Shown: positions 38,772 to 47,964, counted from the stretch's first letter. The stretch is 64,000 bases of DNA from Candidatus Yanofskybacteria bacterium (GCA_016185525.1 JACPNK010000005.1:28473-92472), one strand, 5' to 3'. Made by a program: numbers and translations. The notes: generated by a model from the sequence alone, not told the origin.

Positions 38772-39538
38772 AACTTTTTCAATTCAAAAATCATAAAGAG
38801 TGGGATTTTTGAATGAATATCGTAAAAGTTTGGCTTTTCTTTCACAACAGGTTTTAGTGGTTTTGGTTCAACGAAATCTGAAATAATAAAACCACTTTTT
38901 ACAATATCGCTGATAATTTCGGAAAGCGGGCGATGATAGTAGCTAACTTTAAATTCGTTGAACCAAATGTCATCAATTTTTCTTGTGTTGAGATAGTCGC
39001 CAAAAACTTTACTTTCGCCAGATTCGTATTTCTCATATCCCATTAAGAATGTGTCCTTTTCTTTTGACCGATTTACTGACGCACCCCATTTAACTGGGTG
39101 GTGTGTGGAAAAAAGAAATGTTCCGTCCTTTTTCAAAATCTTATGAATACCGTTCAAGGTTTTTGTCCAATCTTTAACATAGTGCATTGTTAAACTTGAG
39201 TAAACAAAATCAAAAGAGTTGTCGGGAAAATTTAATTTTTCCATGTCTATTACATGAAATTCCAAATCGGGATAACTCTTTTTAGCAAAATCAATCAGTC
39301 CTTTTGAAATATCTATACCGACGACTCTTTTTGCTCCGAGGGATTCTAGATGTTTGCATTCTTCGCCAGTTCCACAACCTATGCATAAAACGGACTTTTC
39401 TTTCAGATCGGGAAGTTTTTTGTACATCGCTGGCTTCTCTAAAAATTTATGTGCGATGTTTTTACCACTTCGCATTTTCTCCGCCCATTTGAGAGCGTAG
39501 TCATCATAAGATTTAATTGTTTTTTTATCGGTAGCCAT
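38768..39538 (-). CDS. Class I SAM-dependent methyltransferase
   Basis: VLCIGCGTG, VVGIDIS, FDFVYSSL..HY, ILKKDG. Confidence 0.9.
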   Translation of the reverse strand: MATDKKTIKSYDDYALKWAEKMRSGKNIAHKFLEKPAMYKKLPDLKEKSVLCIGCGTGEECKHLESLGAKRVVGIDISKGLIDFAKKSYPDLEFHVIDMEKLNFPDNSFDFVYSSLTMHYVKDWTKTLNGIHKILKKDGTFLFSTHHPVKWGASVNRSKEKDTFLMGYEKYESGESKVFGDYLNTRKIDDIWFNEFKVSYYHRPLSEIISDIVKSGFIISDFVEPKPLKPVVKEKPNFYDIHSKIPLFMIFELKKL

Positions 39539-39542
39539 AAAT

Positions 39543-39740
39543 TTATTTCAATAACTCATCCGCTGACACGTCAAGTGCGTCAGCCAATCTTTGAATTGTT
39601 GCAAGATTAGGATTCTTATTACCGCTCTCAATGTTGCTAATGTAACCCTTATCTACCTCCAAAAGCTACGCTAAAACTTCTTGCGACAATTTTTTCTTGG
39701 CGCGAACCTATTTCATGTTCTCGCCTAATTTTTTGGATAT
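39543..39740 (-). pseudogene. XRE-family HTH regulator remnant with two in-frame TAG codons and no start
   Basis: ISKKLGENMK*VRAKKKLSQEVLA*LLEVDKGYISNIESGNKNPNLATIQRLADALDVSADELLK*. Confidence 0.8.
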
Positions 39741-39815
39741 TGGTGCCCTCGCCATGAGTCGAACATGGATTTAGACGCTAGGAGTGTCTTGTTCTATCCA
39801 TTGAACTACGAGGGC
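39741..39815 (-). tRNA. tRNA-Arg(CCT)
   Basis: GCCCTCG acceptor stem; anticodon loop CT CCT AG; encoded CCA. Confidence 0.9.
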
Positions 39816-39889
39816 TATTATATCGTTTAATGTTGCCATCTTAGCACTTTTATGATATTTTTCAATTAAAATTTTAAACACTAACTAAT

Positions 39890-40267
39890 ATGCAAACAGA
39901 AAAAAGAGAAGATAAATTTTCCGGGCCAAGAGTTGAGATTAAGGTGGATTTCTCAAGGAACTTGAAAGAGTTGAACGATTCGGAGTTGAATGACGTCATT
40001 AACGTTTTTCGGCACTATAAAGCCGGACGCTTGGCAGAGTTGCGCAAAAACAATCCGAGTTTTGGTATGGTTGATTTTGAAAACCATAAATTTGAGAGGG
40101 AAAAAGTTTTTGCGGCGATTAAAGAGGCGCTTAAAGGCGCGGATGTACCGGTAGAATTGATGGATGTAAACTACGCAGACGCTTTAAATATTATAGATTG
40201 GTATGATAAGGAGAACAAAAAACAAAATGATAAAAAGTTTAAAGAAAAAAAGTTCTCTTCTTATTAG
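39890..40267 (+). CDS. Hypothetical protein
   Basis: 125 aa ORF between tRNA genes; no motif recognised. Confidence 0.6.
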   Translation: MQTEKREDKFSGPRVEIKVDFSRNLKELNDSELNDVINVFRHYKAGRLAELRKNNPSFGMVDFENHKFEREKVFAAIKEALKGADVPVELMDVNYADALNIIDWYDKENKKQNDKKFKEKKFSSY

Positions 40268-40271
40268 AAAA

Positions 40272-40343
40272 GGGCCTGTAGCTCAGCGGCAGAGCACTTC
40301 TATGGCATAGAAGGGGTCGCCCGTTCAAATCGGGTCAGGTCCA
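40272..40343 (+). tRNA. tRNA-Ala(GGC)
   Basis: G3-U70; CTTCT-AT GGC AT-AGAAG with the A32-U38 pair typical of this isoacceptor. Confidence 0.9.
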
Positions 40344-40460
40344 CAACTTAAAAAATGTTATCAAAAAAGAGGCGTAATGGCCTCTCTTGCGGTGTGTTTG
40401 CTTGAAGGGTATCGCTTTGATATTCTGTTTGTAGAAACTTTACAAATTGAGGCTTAGTGA

Positions 40461-41156
40461 ATGAGAAAAGTTATTTTTACTTTTTTATTTTTTTGCTTTT
40501 CTTTGAGTGGATTTGTTGAAGCTAAAGATGCTTGTTGTTGTAACTCAAAATACGGCAACAAAGATTTCAAGAAAGCTTTTTTGGGCGAGTACTCGCTGGA
40601 GAAGCAGAATTTTGTGGCTGATCTTTGGAAACTTCAGCGGTTTGAGAACGAGTTGGAGATTAAAGAAGCCGTGCGGTTAAAGAAACTGGTTTCTGTTCCG
40701 TCATCTACGCAGTATTATTTCGTTGACTCTCGTCTGGACAAGAAGACCCACTTTGTAAGTCCATGGACTTTAATTTTTATCGATCAACTTAGTAAAGATT
40801 TTTACGAACGCGCCCAAAGTGATAAAAAGAAGAACAAAAAGAAAATTAAAGTTGCGAGTCTTGTTAGGCACAGAAAATATCAGAAAGCTTTGGCTAAAAG
40901 AAATCCCAACGCGGTTTGGGACGAGAATAATCCTGATCGTCAATCCAGCCATCTCACTGGCGCAACTTTTGATGTCAGCACCAAAGACTTAACCAGAGAT
41001 GAAATATGCTGGCTAAAAGAGTATCTTTTGGAATTACAAAATTTAAATCTTATTCACGTCAGAGACGAGTTTTACAACAACTGTCTTCATGTTATGGTTT
41101 TTCCGGTACCGACTTTCTTTGGGGATTTTGAGAAATATGTAAACGAGCGGAAGTAG
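40461..41156 (+). CDS. Secreted DUF5715-like / M15-type zinc peptidase-like protein
   Basis: Signal peptide; SLVR...Q..L...N.NA...SSHLTGATFD...CLHVMV. Confidence 0.65.
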   Translation: MRKVIFTFLFFCFSLSGFVEAKDACCCNSKYGNKDFKKAFLGEYSLEKQNFVADLWKLQRFENELEIKEAVRLKKLVSVPSSTQYYFVDSRLDKKTHFVSPWTLIFIDQLSKDFYERAQSDKKKNKKKIKVASLVRHRKYQKALAKRNPNAVWDENNPDRQSSHLTGATFDVSTKDLTRDEICWLKEYLLELQNLNLIHVRDEFYNNCLHVMVFPVPTFFGDFEKYVNERK

Positions 41157-41207
41157 ATCCGCTTTTTTGTTGAAAAAAGACTCTAAAAATGCTAATTTGT
41201 TAAGTCT

Positions 41208-41292
41208 GGAGGGTTCGCCTAATGGCATGGCAGCGGTTTCGAAAACCGCCGGGCGCAAGCCCTTAGAGGTTCGACTCCTCTACCCTCCGCCA
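41208..41292 (+). tRNA. tRNA-Ser(CGA)
   Basis: GCGGT-TT CGA AA-ACCGC, long variable arm GGGC-GCAA-GCCC, G73, CCA. Confidence 0.92.
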
Positions 41293-41459
41293 GTTGGGAA
41301 ATGAAGTCATTGCCTGCCTGCCGGCGAGGCAGGGCTTGTGCAAACGGCTGGCAAGATTACCAAAGCGTTAGGTGTTCCAATGGAAGATTTGGTACAATAA
41401 ATATGGTTAAGGTCATCCAAAAAGATGGTAAAAACATATATCAACATGAGGAGGAGGGC

Positions 41460-41939
41460 ATGATGCTTGAAGATAAAATAGGCATTATCGGCCGTTCCCT
41501 TAGACTGCTCGCCGGTCTTCTTATATTGTTTTATCTTGCATATGCCTTTGTAAGTGAAAGTTTTTTATTGAGCGTGAACTTCTTTTTTGTGGCGGCTGTA
41601 GGGTTATTTTTACTCATTTCGATATACATATTTGTTCACAGGATTTCTAGAAAAAACAATCGCATTAACTGGTTGGTTTCTGCCTGCTTAATTCTTATTC
41701 CCGTTCTTTTGATGTATATTTTTGGCGGGGCATCTGGCGAGGGTAAAGTATCAGCCCTGCTTTTTCTCGGTGTCTCACTAATCGTAGCGGCAATTCGTTC
41801 CGATTTTGGTTGCGAAGTAATGTCTATACCAAACTTAATTTTTGGAAAGAGATCTCGATTTGCGTGTCTTGTTTTTTCACCATTAGATAAAATGGAAAAA
41901 AGACATATCAGCCGCCAAAAAAAACTTGAAGACAACTAA
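41460..41939 (+). CDS. Hypothetical membrane protein
   Basis: IGRSLRLLAG...GCEVMSIPNL.FGKR...CLVFSPLD; start uncertain (41403 or 41460). Confidence 0.65.
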   Translation: MMLEDKIGIIGRSLRLLAGLLILFYLAYAFVSESFLLSVNFFFVAAVGLFLLISIYIFVHRISRKNNRINWLVSACLILIPVLLMYIFGGASGEGKVSALLFLGVSLIVAAIRSDFGCEVMSIPNLIFGKRSRFACLVFSPLDKMEKRHISRQKKLEDN

Positions 41940-41964
41940 AAACCCTCGCTTGAGGGCTTTAAAC

Positions 41965-42333
41965 TTACTTGTTTTTCTTTTTCTTAACTTCGTCAGAACT
42001 AAGCCCGAAGACAACAGAACAAATGCCCATCATTACCGCAAGCATAAGAAATGGCACAGCTTCTTCTAAAGAAACCGCTCTGGCCACTCTGGCGAAACCA
42101 AAAAAGATAAAACTTAAATATCCGGAAATCAGAGCAAACATAAAAAATCTGTCGGGAAATTTTTTATTCTGCGCCCAAACGGCAAGAACAGCCCCTCCGA
42201 CGAAAGTCGCGAGAAACAACAAAAGCAAGCTTGGACTAGGGTCCGCCCCCCTTATAAAAACAAACATGCCAAACATTGAACCAAAGAAAATCAAAAGTCC
42301 GACAATACTCAAAAACTTCATTTCCGTCCTCAT
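41965..42333 (-). CDS. Hypothetical 4-TM membrane protein
   Basis: Four hydrophobic segments; start uncertain. Confidence 0.55.
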   Translation of the reverse strand: MRTEMKFLSIVGLLIFFGSMFGMFVFIRGADPSPSLLLLFLATFVGGAVLAVWAQNKKFPDRFFMFALISGYLSFIFFGFARVARAVSLEEAVPFLMLAVMMGICSVVFGLSSDEVKKKKNK

Positions 42334-42425
42334 TTCCCTAAGACAAAAAGAACTTTTGTAATTATACAAAAACCTGGTAAAAAGTAAACTTTGATTTTCA
42401 CAACTTCAACTGTTAAGATTCGGAT

Positions 42426-43829
42426 ATGCTTAGACCAGAAAAAACAAACATCGCAGAAAAGACCAAGACAAAACCCCAAGAAAGAGTCGGCGAGTTGAGA
42501 GAAAACGAGAAAAAGATTTTGGATAATTTACTGGAAATAACAAAGTGGTTTGAAGATTACGAAGCCACTTGTTTTGGTTTGGACAAAAATGTGGCCGACA
42601 AAAATCCCAAACTGGAAAAATATCTCAAAGACTTTTACAAAGAATTTCGCAACTTTGAACAGCCAGCCGAAGCCCAAAAGGTTGAAGCTGAAGCGAGAAA
42701 TTCAGATATCGTCTTCCTTGGAGACCGACACAACCTAAGAAAAAATCAAGAGTTTTCAGCCGAGTTTATAGAAAAAGTGGTTAAACCGCAGTCGGGTCAG
42801 GCGGTTTTGGCCTTAGAATTTATTTCGCCCAAACACCAGAAAGCGGTAGAAGAATTTATGTCAGATAAAATAGACGAGGAGTCGTTTTTAAAAAGATCCC
42901 ATTTTCTGGAGTGGAGTGACCTGGAACATTGGCCGGGTTATAAAAAAATATTGGAAACAGCCAAAAAACTTGGGATTAAAATCTATGGCATAAAGTTTCA
43001 AGCCGAGAGCGGCGAACAAGATCTGGAAGACAAATTTTTCGTCGAAAAAATTGCGGCTATTGCGGAAAAGCATCCGCAAGCTAAATTGTTTGTCCATATC
43101 GGTGATGCTCATCTGGCCGGCAGTCACTTGCCGAAAGCCTTGTCTCAAATTGACCGGTTCCGAAACAAAAAAAGTACTACAGTTTTACAGAATATCCGGC
43201 CGTTATATTTCTCTGCTTTGGAAAGATACGAAAACTTTCGGATACCCAAAGTTCTTAAGATCAAAGGTGGAACTTACAACTTCTTTACCGCACCCCTGAT
43301 CACGGAAGTTGTTTCAGACATAGAAAACTTAAAACAGTTTGCCGGTGAAACTGAAGGAGAGATAGATATTTGGTCTGATGTCTTGGGCGTGGAGATTGTC
43401 AGCAGGCTTAGAAAAATAACCGGCATTGGCACGGATGAAAGAATTGTTGATTCAAAAGATTTGTCGCCTTCACTTTTCTCCCCCTCTTTTTATTTGGAAC
43501 AGGACAGCGAAGTAGTCGCGAAACAACTGAAAGAAGAAGCGCCGGCAGGCGCCTACAGCCGATACCTAAAAACTTTAGAAGAAAAAGGCTGCGCCTATGT
43601 TCCTTTCAGCAACTCTTTGGTCATAAGAAAGTTCAGGCTGAAGAGAATAATTGAGGAGCTGGCGAAGTTTGTGATAGACCCCAAAGGAGAAAAAGGCGAT
43701 ATTTCCAGTTTACAATATTTTTGCTCAAAGCTTTTTATCCCCGAGCGCCGGCCGGAAGACGAAAAAGAAGAGGTCGGGGAAAAAGTTTTTCTTGATTTTC
43801 TTGCCGGTAAACAACCGTCTCTTCCTTAA
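42426..43829 (+). CDS. ChaN/Tiki-like domain protein
   Basis: DIVFLGDRH...Q, LALEF, Y..ILE.A, VHIGDAHL; leaderless promoter supports the start. Confidence 0.6.
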   Translation: MLRPEKTNIAEKTKTKPQERVGELRENEKKILDNLLEITKWFEDYEATCFGLDKNVADKNPKLEKYLKDFYKEFRNFEQPAEAQKVEAEARNSDIVFLGDRHNLRKNQEFSAEFIEKVVKPQSGQAVLALEFISPKHQKAVEEFMSDKIDEESFLKRSHFLEWSDLEHWPGYKKILETAKKLGIKIYGIKFQAESGEQDLEDKFFVEKIAAIAEKHPQAKLFVHIGDAHLAGSHLPKALSQIDRFRNKKSTTVLQNIRPLYFSALERYENFRIPKVLKIKGGTYNFFTAPLITEVVSDIENLKQFAGETEGEIDIWSDVLGVEIVSRLRKITGIGTDERIVDSKDLSPSLFSPSFYLEQDSEVVAKQLKEEAPAGAYSRYLKTLEEKGCAYVPFSNSLVIRKFRLKRIIEELAKFVIDPKGEKGDISSLQYFCSKLFIPERRPEDEKEEVGEKVFLDFLAGKQPSLP

Positions 43830-43855
43830 AACCAAATGTGGTGTTAGATTTAAGC

Positions 43856-44374
43856 ATGTCTCAAATCATAGACTTGAGAAAAAAGAATGTTGAAAATAGC
43901 AAAACAGCTTTGCCTTCAAAAATTTCCGGCCGCATTCCCGCTCATTATCAGTTTGTAAACAAGTCGCTGCTAGCGGTCATAGTCTCTGTTTTGGCCATAA
44001 TCGGCCTGCTCTATCTGCTTATTTCTCAAAACACCGTTACCGCCATATTCTTTTTTTTGATTGCAACGGTTATGGTGATTTTAGGAATGCAAGAGAAGAA
44101 AGATGTGGCTTGGGAGATAAACCAAAGAGGTTTGGTGTTAGATGGGGAGGTCTATCTTTACAGACACTTGAAATCTTTTTGGATTGAGTATGATCCCCCA
44201 TTTCTTAAAGAGCTTAGCTTTAAGCACAAAGGTTGGCACCGCTCTTACATCAAACTTCCTCTTGTCGGCCAAGAAAGTCCCGTAGAAATCCGCAATATGC
44301 TGTTGTGTCTTTTGCCGGAAGAGCGGCACGAAGATACTATAATTGAGACTATCACCAGAAAATTGGGCATGTAA
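43856..44374 (+). CDS. Hypothetical membrane protein (2 TM + PH-like domain)
   Basis: TM hairpin followed by EINQRGL.LDG..Y.Y..LKSFWI. Confidence 0.65.
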   Translation: MSQIIDLRKKNVENSKTALPSKISGRIPAHYQFVNKSLLAVIVSVLAIIGLLYLLISQNTVTAIFFFLIATVMVILGMQEKKDVAWEINQRGLVLDGEVYLYRHLKSFWIEYDPPFLKELSFKHKGWHRSYIKLPLVGQESPVEIRNMLLCLLPEERHEDTIIETITRKLGM

Positions 44375-44378
44375 CACT

Positions 44379-44451
44379 GTCCCCGTAGCTCAACGGATAG
44401 AGCGTTTGCTTGCGGAGCAAAAGGTTGGGTGTTCGAATCACCCCGGGGACA
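44379..44451 (+). tRNA. tRNA-Arg(GCG)
   Basis: GTCCCCG/CGGGGAC; TTTGC-TT GCG GA-GCAAA; T-loop TTCGAAT. Confidence 0.9.
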
Positions 44452-44460
44452 CAACTCTTT

Positions 44461-44479
44461 CCTGAGGACAGTCCTCAGG
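44461..44479. repeat. REP-like palindrome, GAGGACWGTCCTC family
   Basis: CCTGAGGAC-A-GTCCTCAGG; other copies at 29743, 45651, 45677, 59330. Confidence 0.75.
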
Positions 44480-44540
44480 GCTTGCACACGAGGGCACAAG
44501 ATAGTTGCTATTTTTAGTTTTTGTAGTACCATCTCACTAT

Positions 44541-45434
44541 ATGGCAAAAATTATTGTAACTGGCGGAGCGGGTTTTATCGGCTCAAATTTGGTGGATGAG
44601 TTGGTCAGGCAAGGCCACAAAGACATCCATATTATTGACAACCTCTCAACCGGTAAAAAAGAAAATCTTAATCCAAGGGCTAAATTTCACAATTTAAGTA
44701 TTGTTGATCTGGATAAAATCAGGCCCATCTTCAAAAAAGCGGAAGTTGTTTTTCACTTGGCGGCTCAACCCAGAATTCAGCCCTCAATCAAAGACCCCAA
44801 AACTTCTCACGATGCCAATCTCACCGGTACTCTGCATGTTTTGCTTGCCGCCAAAGAAGCCGGGGTTAAGAAATTTATATACTCTGCTTCTTCTTCAGCT
44901 TACGGCCTGCAAAAAACTACGCCCTTGCGGGAAGATATGATCGCCAATCCCCTCAACCCTTATGCCATGCAAAAATACATGGGCGAAAGATATTGCCAAC
45001 TTTTTCACCACCTTTACGGTTTGCCGATTGTCTGTTTAAGGTATTTTAATGTCTATGGGCCCAGGCAAACTTATGAAGGCGCTTATGCGACTGTAATCGG
45101 AATTTTTTTAAAACAGAAAAAAGCCGGCCAGCCGCTGACTATTGTTCCTGACGGCAAACAGAGAAGAGATTTTATCAATGTCCGGGATGTGATAGCTGCT
45201 AACCTTGCGGCTATGAAGTCGGACAAAGTCGGCAAAGGAGAAATTATAAATATCGGCAGTGGGGAGAATTACTCAATTGTTGAAGTAGCAAAAATGATTG
45301 GCGGTAAAACAAAAGTTATTGCCCCCAGAAAAGGAGAAGCTAGATTAACTTTGGCTGATATTAGTTTGGCTAAGAAATTACTTGGCTGGAAGCCGACGGT
45401 AAGGCTGGTTGATGGGATAGAAGAGTTGAGATGA
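44541..45434 (+). CDS. NAD-dependent epimerase/dehydratase (GalE/WbpP-like)
   Basis: VTGGAGFIGS, SSSAYG, YAMQK (YxxxK), LRYFNVYGPRQ. Confidence 0.92.
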   Translation: MAKIIVTGGAGFIGSNLVDELVRQGHKDIHIIDNLSTGKKENLNPRAKFHNLSIVDLDKIRPIFKKAEVVFHLAAQPRIQPSIKDPKTSHDANLTGTLHVLLAAKEAGVKKFIYSASSSAYGLQKTTPLREDMIANPLNPYAMQKYMGERYCQLFHHLYGLPIVCLRYFNVYGPRQTYEGAYATVIGIFLKQKKAGQPLTIVPDGKQRRDFINVRDVIAANLAAMKSDKVGKGEIINIGSGENYSIVEVAKMIGGKTKVIAPRKGEARLTLADISLAKKLLGWKPTVRLVDGIEELR

Positions 45435-45441
45435 GTCGTTC

Positions 45442-45599
45442 AGCTTCGCAGACACAGCCTCTTCAGTACGCTCACTTCGCCAGCGTCTCCGTTCGCTCGC
45501 GACGTCGGCAAATTTGAAATGAAGTTAAGAAAAATTATACTTCATTTCAACCATGCAATTTGCCTCCTCAGCGACTTCAGAGGCTGTGTCTGCTATGCT
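45442..45599. repeat. ~155-nt structured dispersed element, copy 2 (inverted)
   Basis: Reverse complement of 31707-31870 with compensatory substitutions. Confidence 0.9.
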
Positions 45600-45802
45600 T
45601 TATTGGTCGTCGGCTCTCAAAGCATTTAACCACCCATTTTCGAACCTTTTCCGAGGACTGTCCTTAAATCTGAAAAAAGGACAGTCCTCGGATCTGACCT
45701 TAACATGTGTATAAAACCTTGAAAAATGAGGGTTTTTAAACCATTGACAATGGTGGTTAAAGTTTGGTATAATTAGAGTATAGAATTTCCCGGAGCTTAA
45801 AG

Positions 45803-45985
45803 ATGACCACAGAAGAAACAGAACAAAAGCGTTTTGAAGAAATTTTAGAAAGTATTCGTCGCAGAATGGCGGCGGATGCCTTAAGAGGAAATCCCGTAGG
45901 AAGAAAAACTTACGGTCATAGTCCAAAGATTGACAACGACTATGATTCTGGAGATCGAGCACATTATATCTTAGATCACGAGTAA
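45803..45985 (+). CDS. Small hypothetical protein (60 aa)
   Basis: Upstream TTGACA-N18-TATAAT (45744-45773); downstream terminator CCCGAGA..TCTCGGG-T-run. Confidence 0.55.
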   Translation: MTTEETEQKRFEEILESIRRRMAADALRGNPVGRKTYGHSPKIDNDYDSGDRAHYILDHE

Positions 45986-46015
45986 AATAACACGAGAACG
46001 GTTATTGCGTTGTAC

Positions 46016-46045
46016 CCCGAGAGTTAATTCTCGGGTCTTTTTTTA
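46016..46045 (+). terminator. Intrinsic terminator
   Basis: CCCGAGAG-ttaa-TTCTCGGG followed by TCTTTTTTT. Confidence 0.65.
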
Positions 46046-46091
46046 TGAAACTTCTGATGGACTTCTTTCAACCGGCTCTTCTCGTCAAGGT

Positions 46092-47012
46092 TCAACCTTG
46101 ACGTTTCTTGTGAAACTTTTTATGTATTTCTTTCAAACCGCTGTCGGTAACATGAGTATAAATTTGAGTTGTCGTTACTGAAGAGTGGCCGAGTATCGCT
46201 TGGACAGAGCGGATATCGGCGCCGTTTCTTAAAAGGTCGGTGGCCATACTATGGCGGAGCGAGTGCGGTGAAACTTTTTTACCGACAATTCCGGCGCGTG
46301 TTGCGTGCTTTTTTATTATCCTTTGTATGCTTCGGGGACTTAATCTTAGGTTTTCGTATTTGCCAAAAGCTTGGTCTTTGGGAATCCGAATAAAAAGTGC
46401 TGGGTCGGCGTCACTGCGTTTTTTTAAAAAGCTGCTGATTGATTTTTGGGCATCGTCAGATAAGAAGACCAACCTGATTTTTGAGCCCTTGCCTTTAACC
46501 GATATCTCTCCCCTGTTCAAATCCACCTTGTCTGTTTCCAAAGAGCAGAGCTCTGATACGCGCAAGCCGGTGCTGAACAAAGTTTCCAAGATAGCTTTAT
46601 CGCGCAAATCAGACAAGTTGTCGTCTTTAGGCGAAGCCAGAAGCCTTGCCAATTCGTTTGACTCCAGAAAATCTATATGCCTGTCTTCCTGCTTGCCCAG
46701 TTCTATTTTTTCCGGCGAGACGGATTTTATCTCTCTCTTGGATAAATATTTCAAAAAAGCCCGTATGGCGATTATGTGGTAGTTTTGAGTAACTTTTTTT
46801 AGAGACTCGCCGTGATTGTCAGTCAGCCGATTTAAATAGATCCGGAACTTTCTAATCAAATCTTCGGAAATCTGGCTAGCCGAACCGACTTTTGCAAAAT
46901 TCAAAAACCGGTTGAGATAATGGCCATAGTTTTCCACCGTCTTCGACGAGCGGTTTTTCTCAATCTCCAGATACTCCAGAAAATCGTTTTTTAATTGCTT
47001 AACATCTGCCAC
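46092..47012 (-). CDS. Tyrosine recombinase, XerC/XerD family
   Basis: RDKAILETLFSTGLRVSEL, VKGKGSKIR, SPHSLRHSMAT.LL.NGADIRSVQAILGHSSVTTTQIYTH; likely GTG start at 47012. Confidence 0.92.
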   Translation of the reverse strand: MADVKQLKNDFLEYLEIEKNRSSKTVENYGHYLNRFLNFAKVGSASQISEDLIRKFRIYLNRLTDNHGESLKKVTQNYHIIAIRAFLKYLSKREIKSVSPEKIELGKQEDRHIDFLESNELARLLASPKDDNLSDLRDKAILETLFSTGLRVSELCSLETDKVDLNRGEISVKGKGSKIRLVFLSDDAQKSISSFLKKRSDADPALFIRIPKDQAFGKYENLRLSPRSIQRIIKKHATRAGIVGKKVSPHSLRHSMATDLLRNGADIRSVQAILGHSSVTTTQIYTHVTDSGLKEIHKKFHKKRQG

Positions 47013-47043
47013 GCATATAATCATACCCCACAAACCCAAGTCG

Positions 47044-47084
47044 CACAATAACTTTCTGACACCGGGTGTCAGAAAGTTATTGTG
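47044..47084. repeat. Perfect 20-bp inverted repeat with 1-nt spacer in the xer/rpsO divergent promoter region
   Basis: CACAATAACTTTCTGACACC-G-GGTGTCAGAAAGTTATTGTG. Confidence 0.9.
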
Positions 47085-47167
47085 TTGTGGTATTGTGTAA
47101 AATCGAAACTTGCCTCAAAACCAAATCCGTGATATCTTTGTCAATATAGTCAAGTTGGTTTTCCGCA

Positions 47168-47434
47168 ATGATTAATCCTAAAGACAAAACAAAAATTATA
47201 AAAAAGCACTCAATTCACGAGACTGATACCGGTTCGGCGGCTGTTCAGGTGGCTTTGTTTAGCGAAGAAATTGAGAGGCTAACCAAGCATCTCAAGAAAC
47301 ACGTCAAAGACAACAGCTCCCGCGCCGGTCTTTTGAAAATGGTCTCCAAAAGACGCCGGCTTTTGGAATATCTCAAAAAAGAGTCGCCAAAAAAATACGC
47401 TAAAATTCTCAAAGAACTCGGACTCAAAAAATAA
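47168..47434 (+). CDS. rpsO: 30S ribosomal protein S15
   Basis: HETDTGS..VQVA, HLKKH.KD.SSR.GLLKMV.KRRRLLEYL. Confidence 0.97.
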   Translation: MINPKDKTKIIKKHSIHETDTGSAAVQVALFSEEIERLTKHLKKHVKDNSSRAGLLKMVSKRRRLLEYLKKESPKKYAKILKELGLKK

Positions 47435-47964
47435 TGCAGAAAGGCCGCAAACCAAAAATCTCTGAAATTACTTCTGAACACCAAAGGGTGGGTGTTTTTG
47501 TTGACGCCCAGAACATGTACCATTCGGCAAAAAATCTTTATCATGCTAAGGCTAACTTCAAAAAAATCTTGGAAGCGGCGGTCGGCGACCGTCAGTTAAT
47601 CAGGGCTTTTGTTTATGTCATCAAGACTGAAACCGGCGAAGAAAAAGCTTTTTTGGAGGCGCTGGAAAAAAGCGGTTACGAAATCAAGGTCAAAGACCTC
47701 CAAATCTTTCCCGGAGGCATGAAAAAAGCCGACTGGGACGTCGGCATGGCGATTGACGCTATCATTTTGGCGGACAAAATTGATGTGGCGGTCTTAGTTA
47801 CCGGCGACGGCGACTTTATTCCTCTGGTTGAATATCTCCGCGTCAACCGTGGCCTCAAAGTTGAGGTCGTCTCTTTTGGCCGCAGCACTTCGGCCAAGCT
47901 CAAAGAAACGGTGGATGTTTTCACCGACTTAGGCGAGGACCCTAAAAAGTTTCTAATGTATTAA
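47434..47964 (+). CDS. NYN domain (LabA/DUF88) PIN-like protein
   Basis: VFVDAQN, KADWDVGMAID, LVTGDGDFIPL. Confidence 0.9.
   Translation: MQKGRKPKISEITSEHQRVGVFVDAQNMYHSAKNLYHAKANFKKILEAAVGDRQLIRAFVYVIKTETGEEKAFLEALEKSGYEIKVKDLQIFPGGMKKADWDVGMAIDAIILADKIDVAVLVTGDGDFIPLVEYLRVNRGLKVEVVSFGRSTSAKLKETVDVFTDLGEDPKKFLMY

Noticed and set aside
46092-47048. Recombinase as an integron integrase for the array
   Set aside because: Size and motifs fit housekeeping XerC/D, the IntI-specific insertion is not evident, and rpsO and other genes separate it from the array
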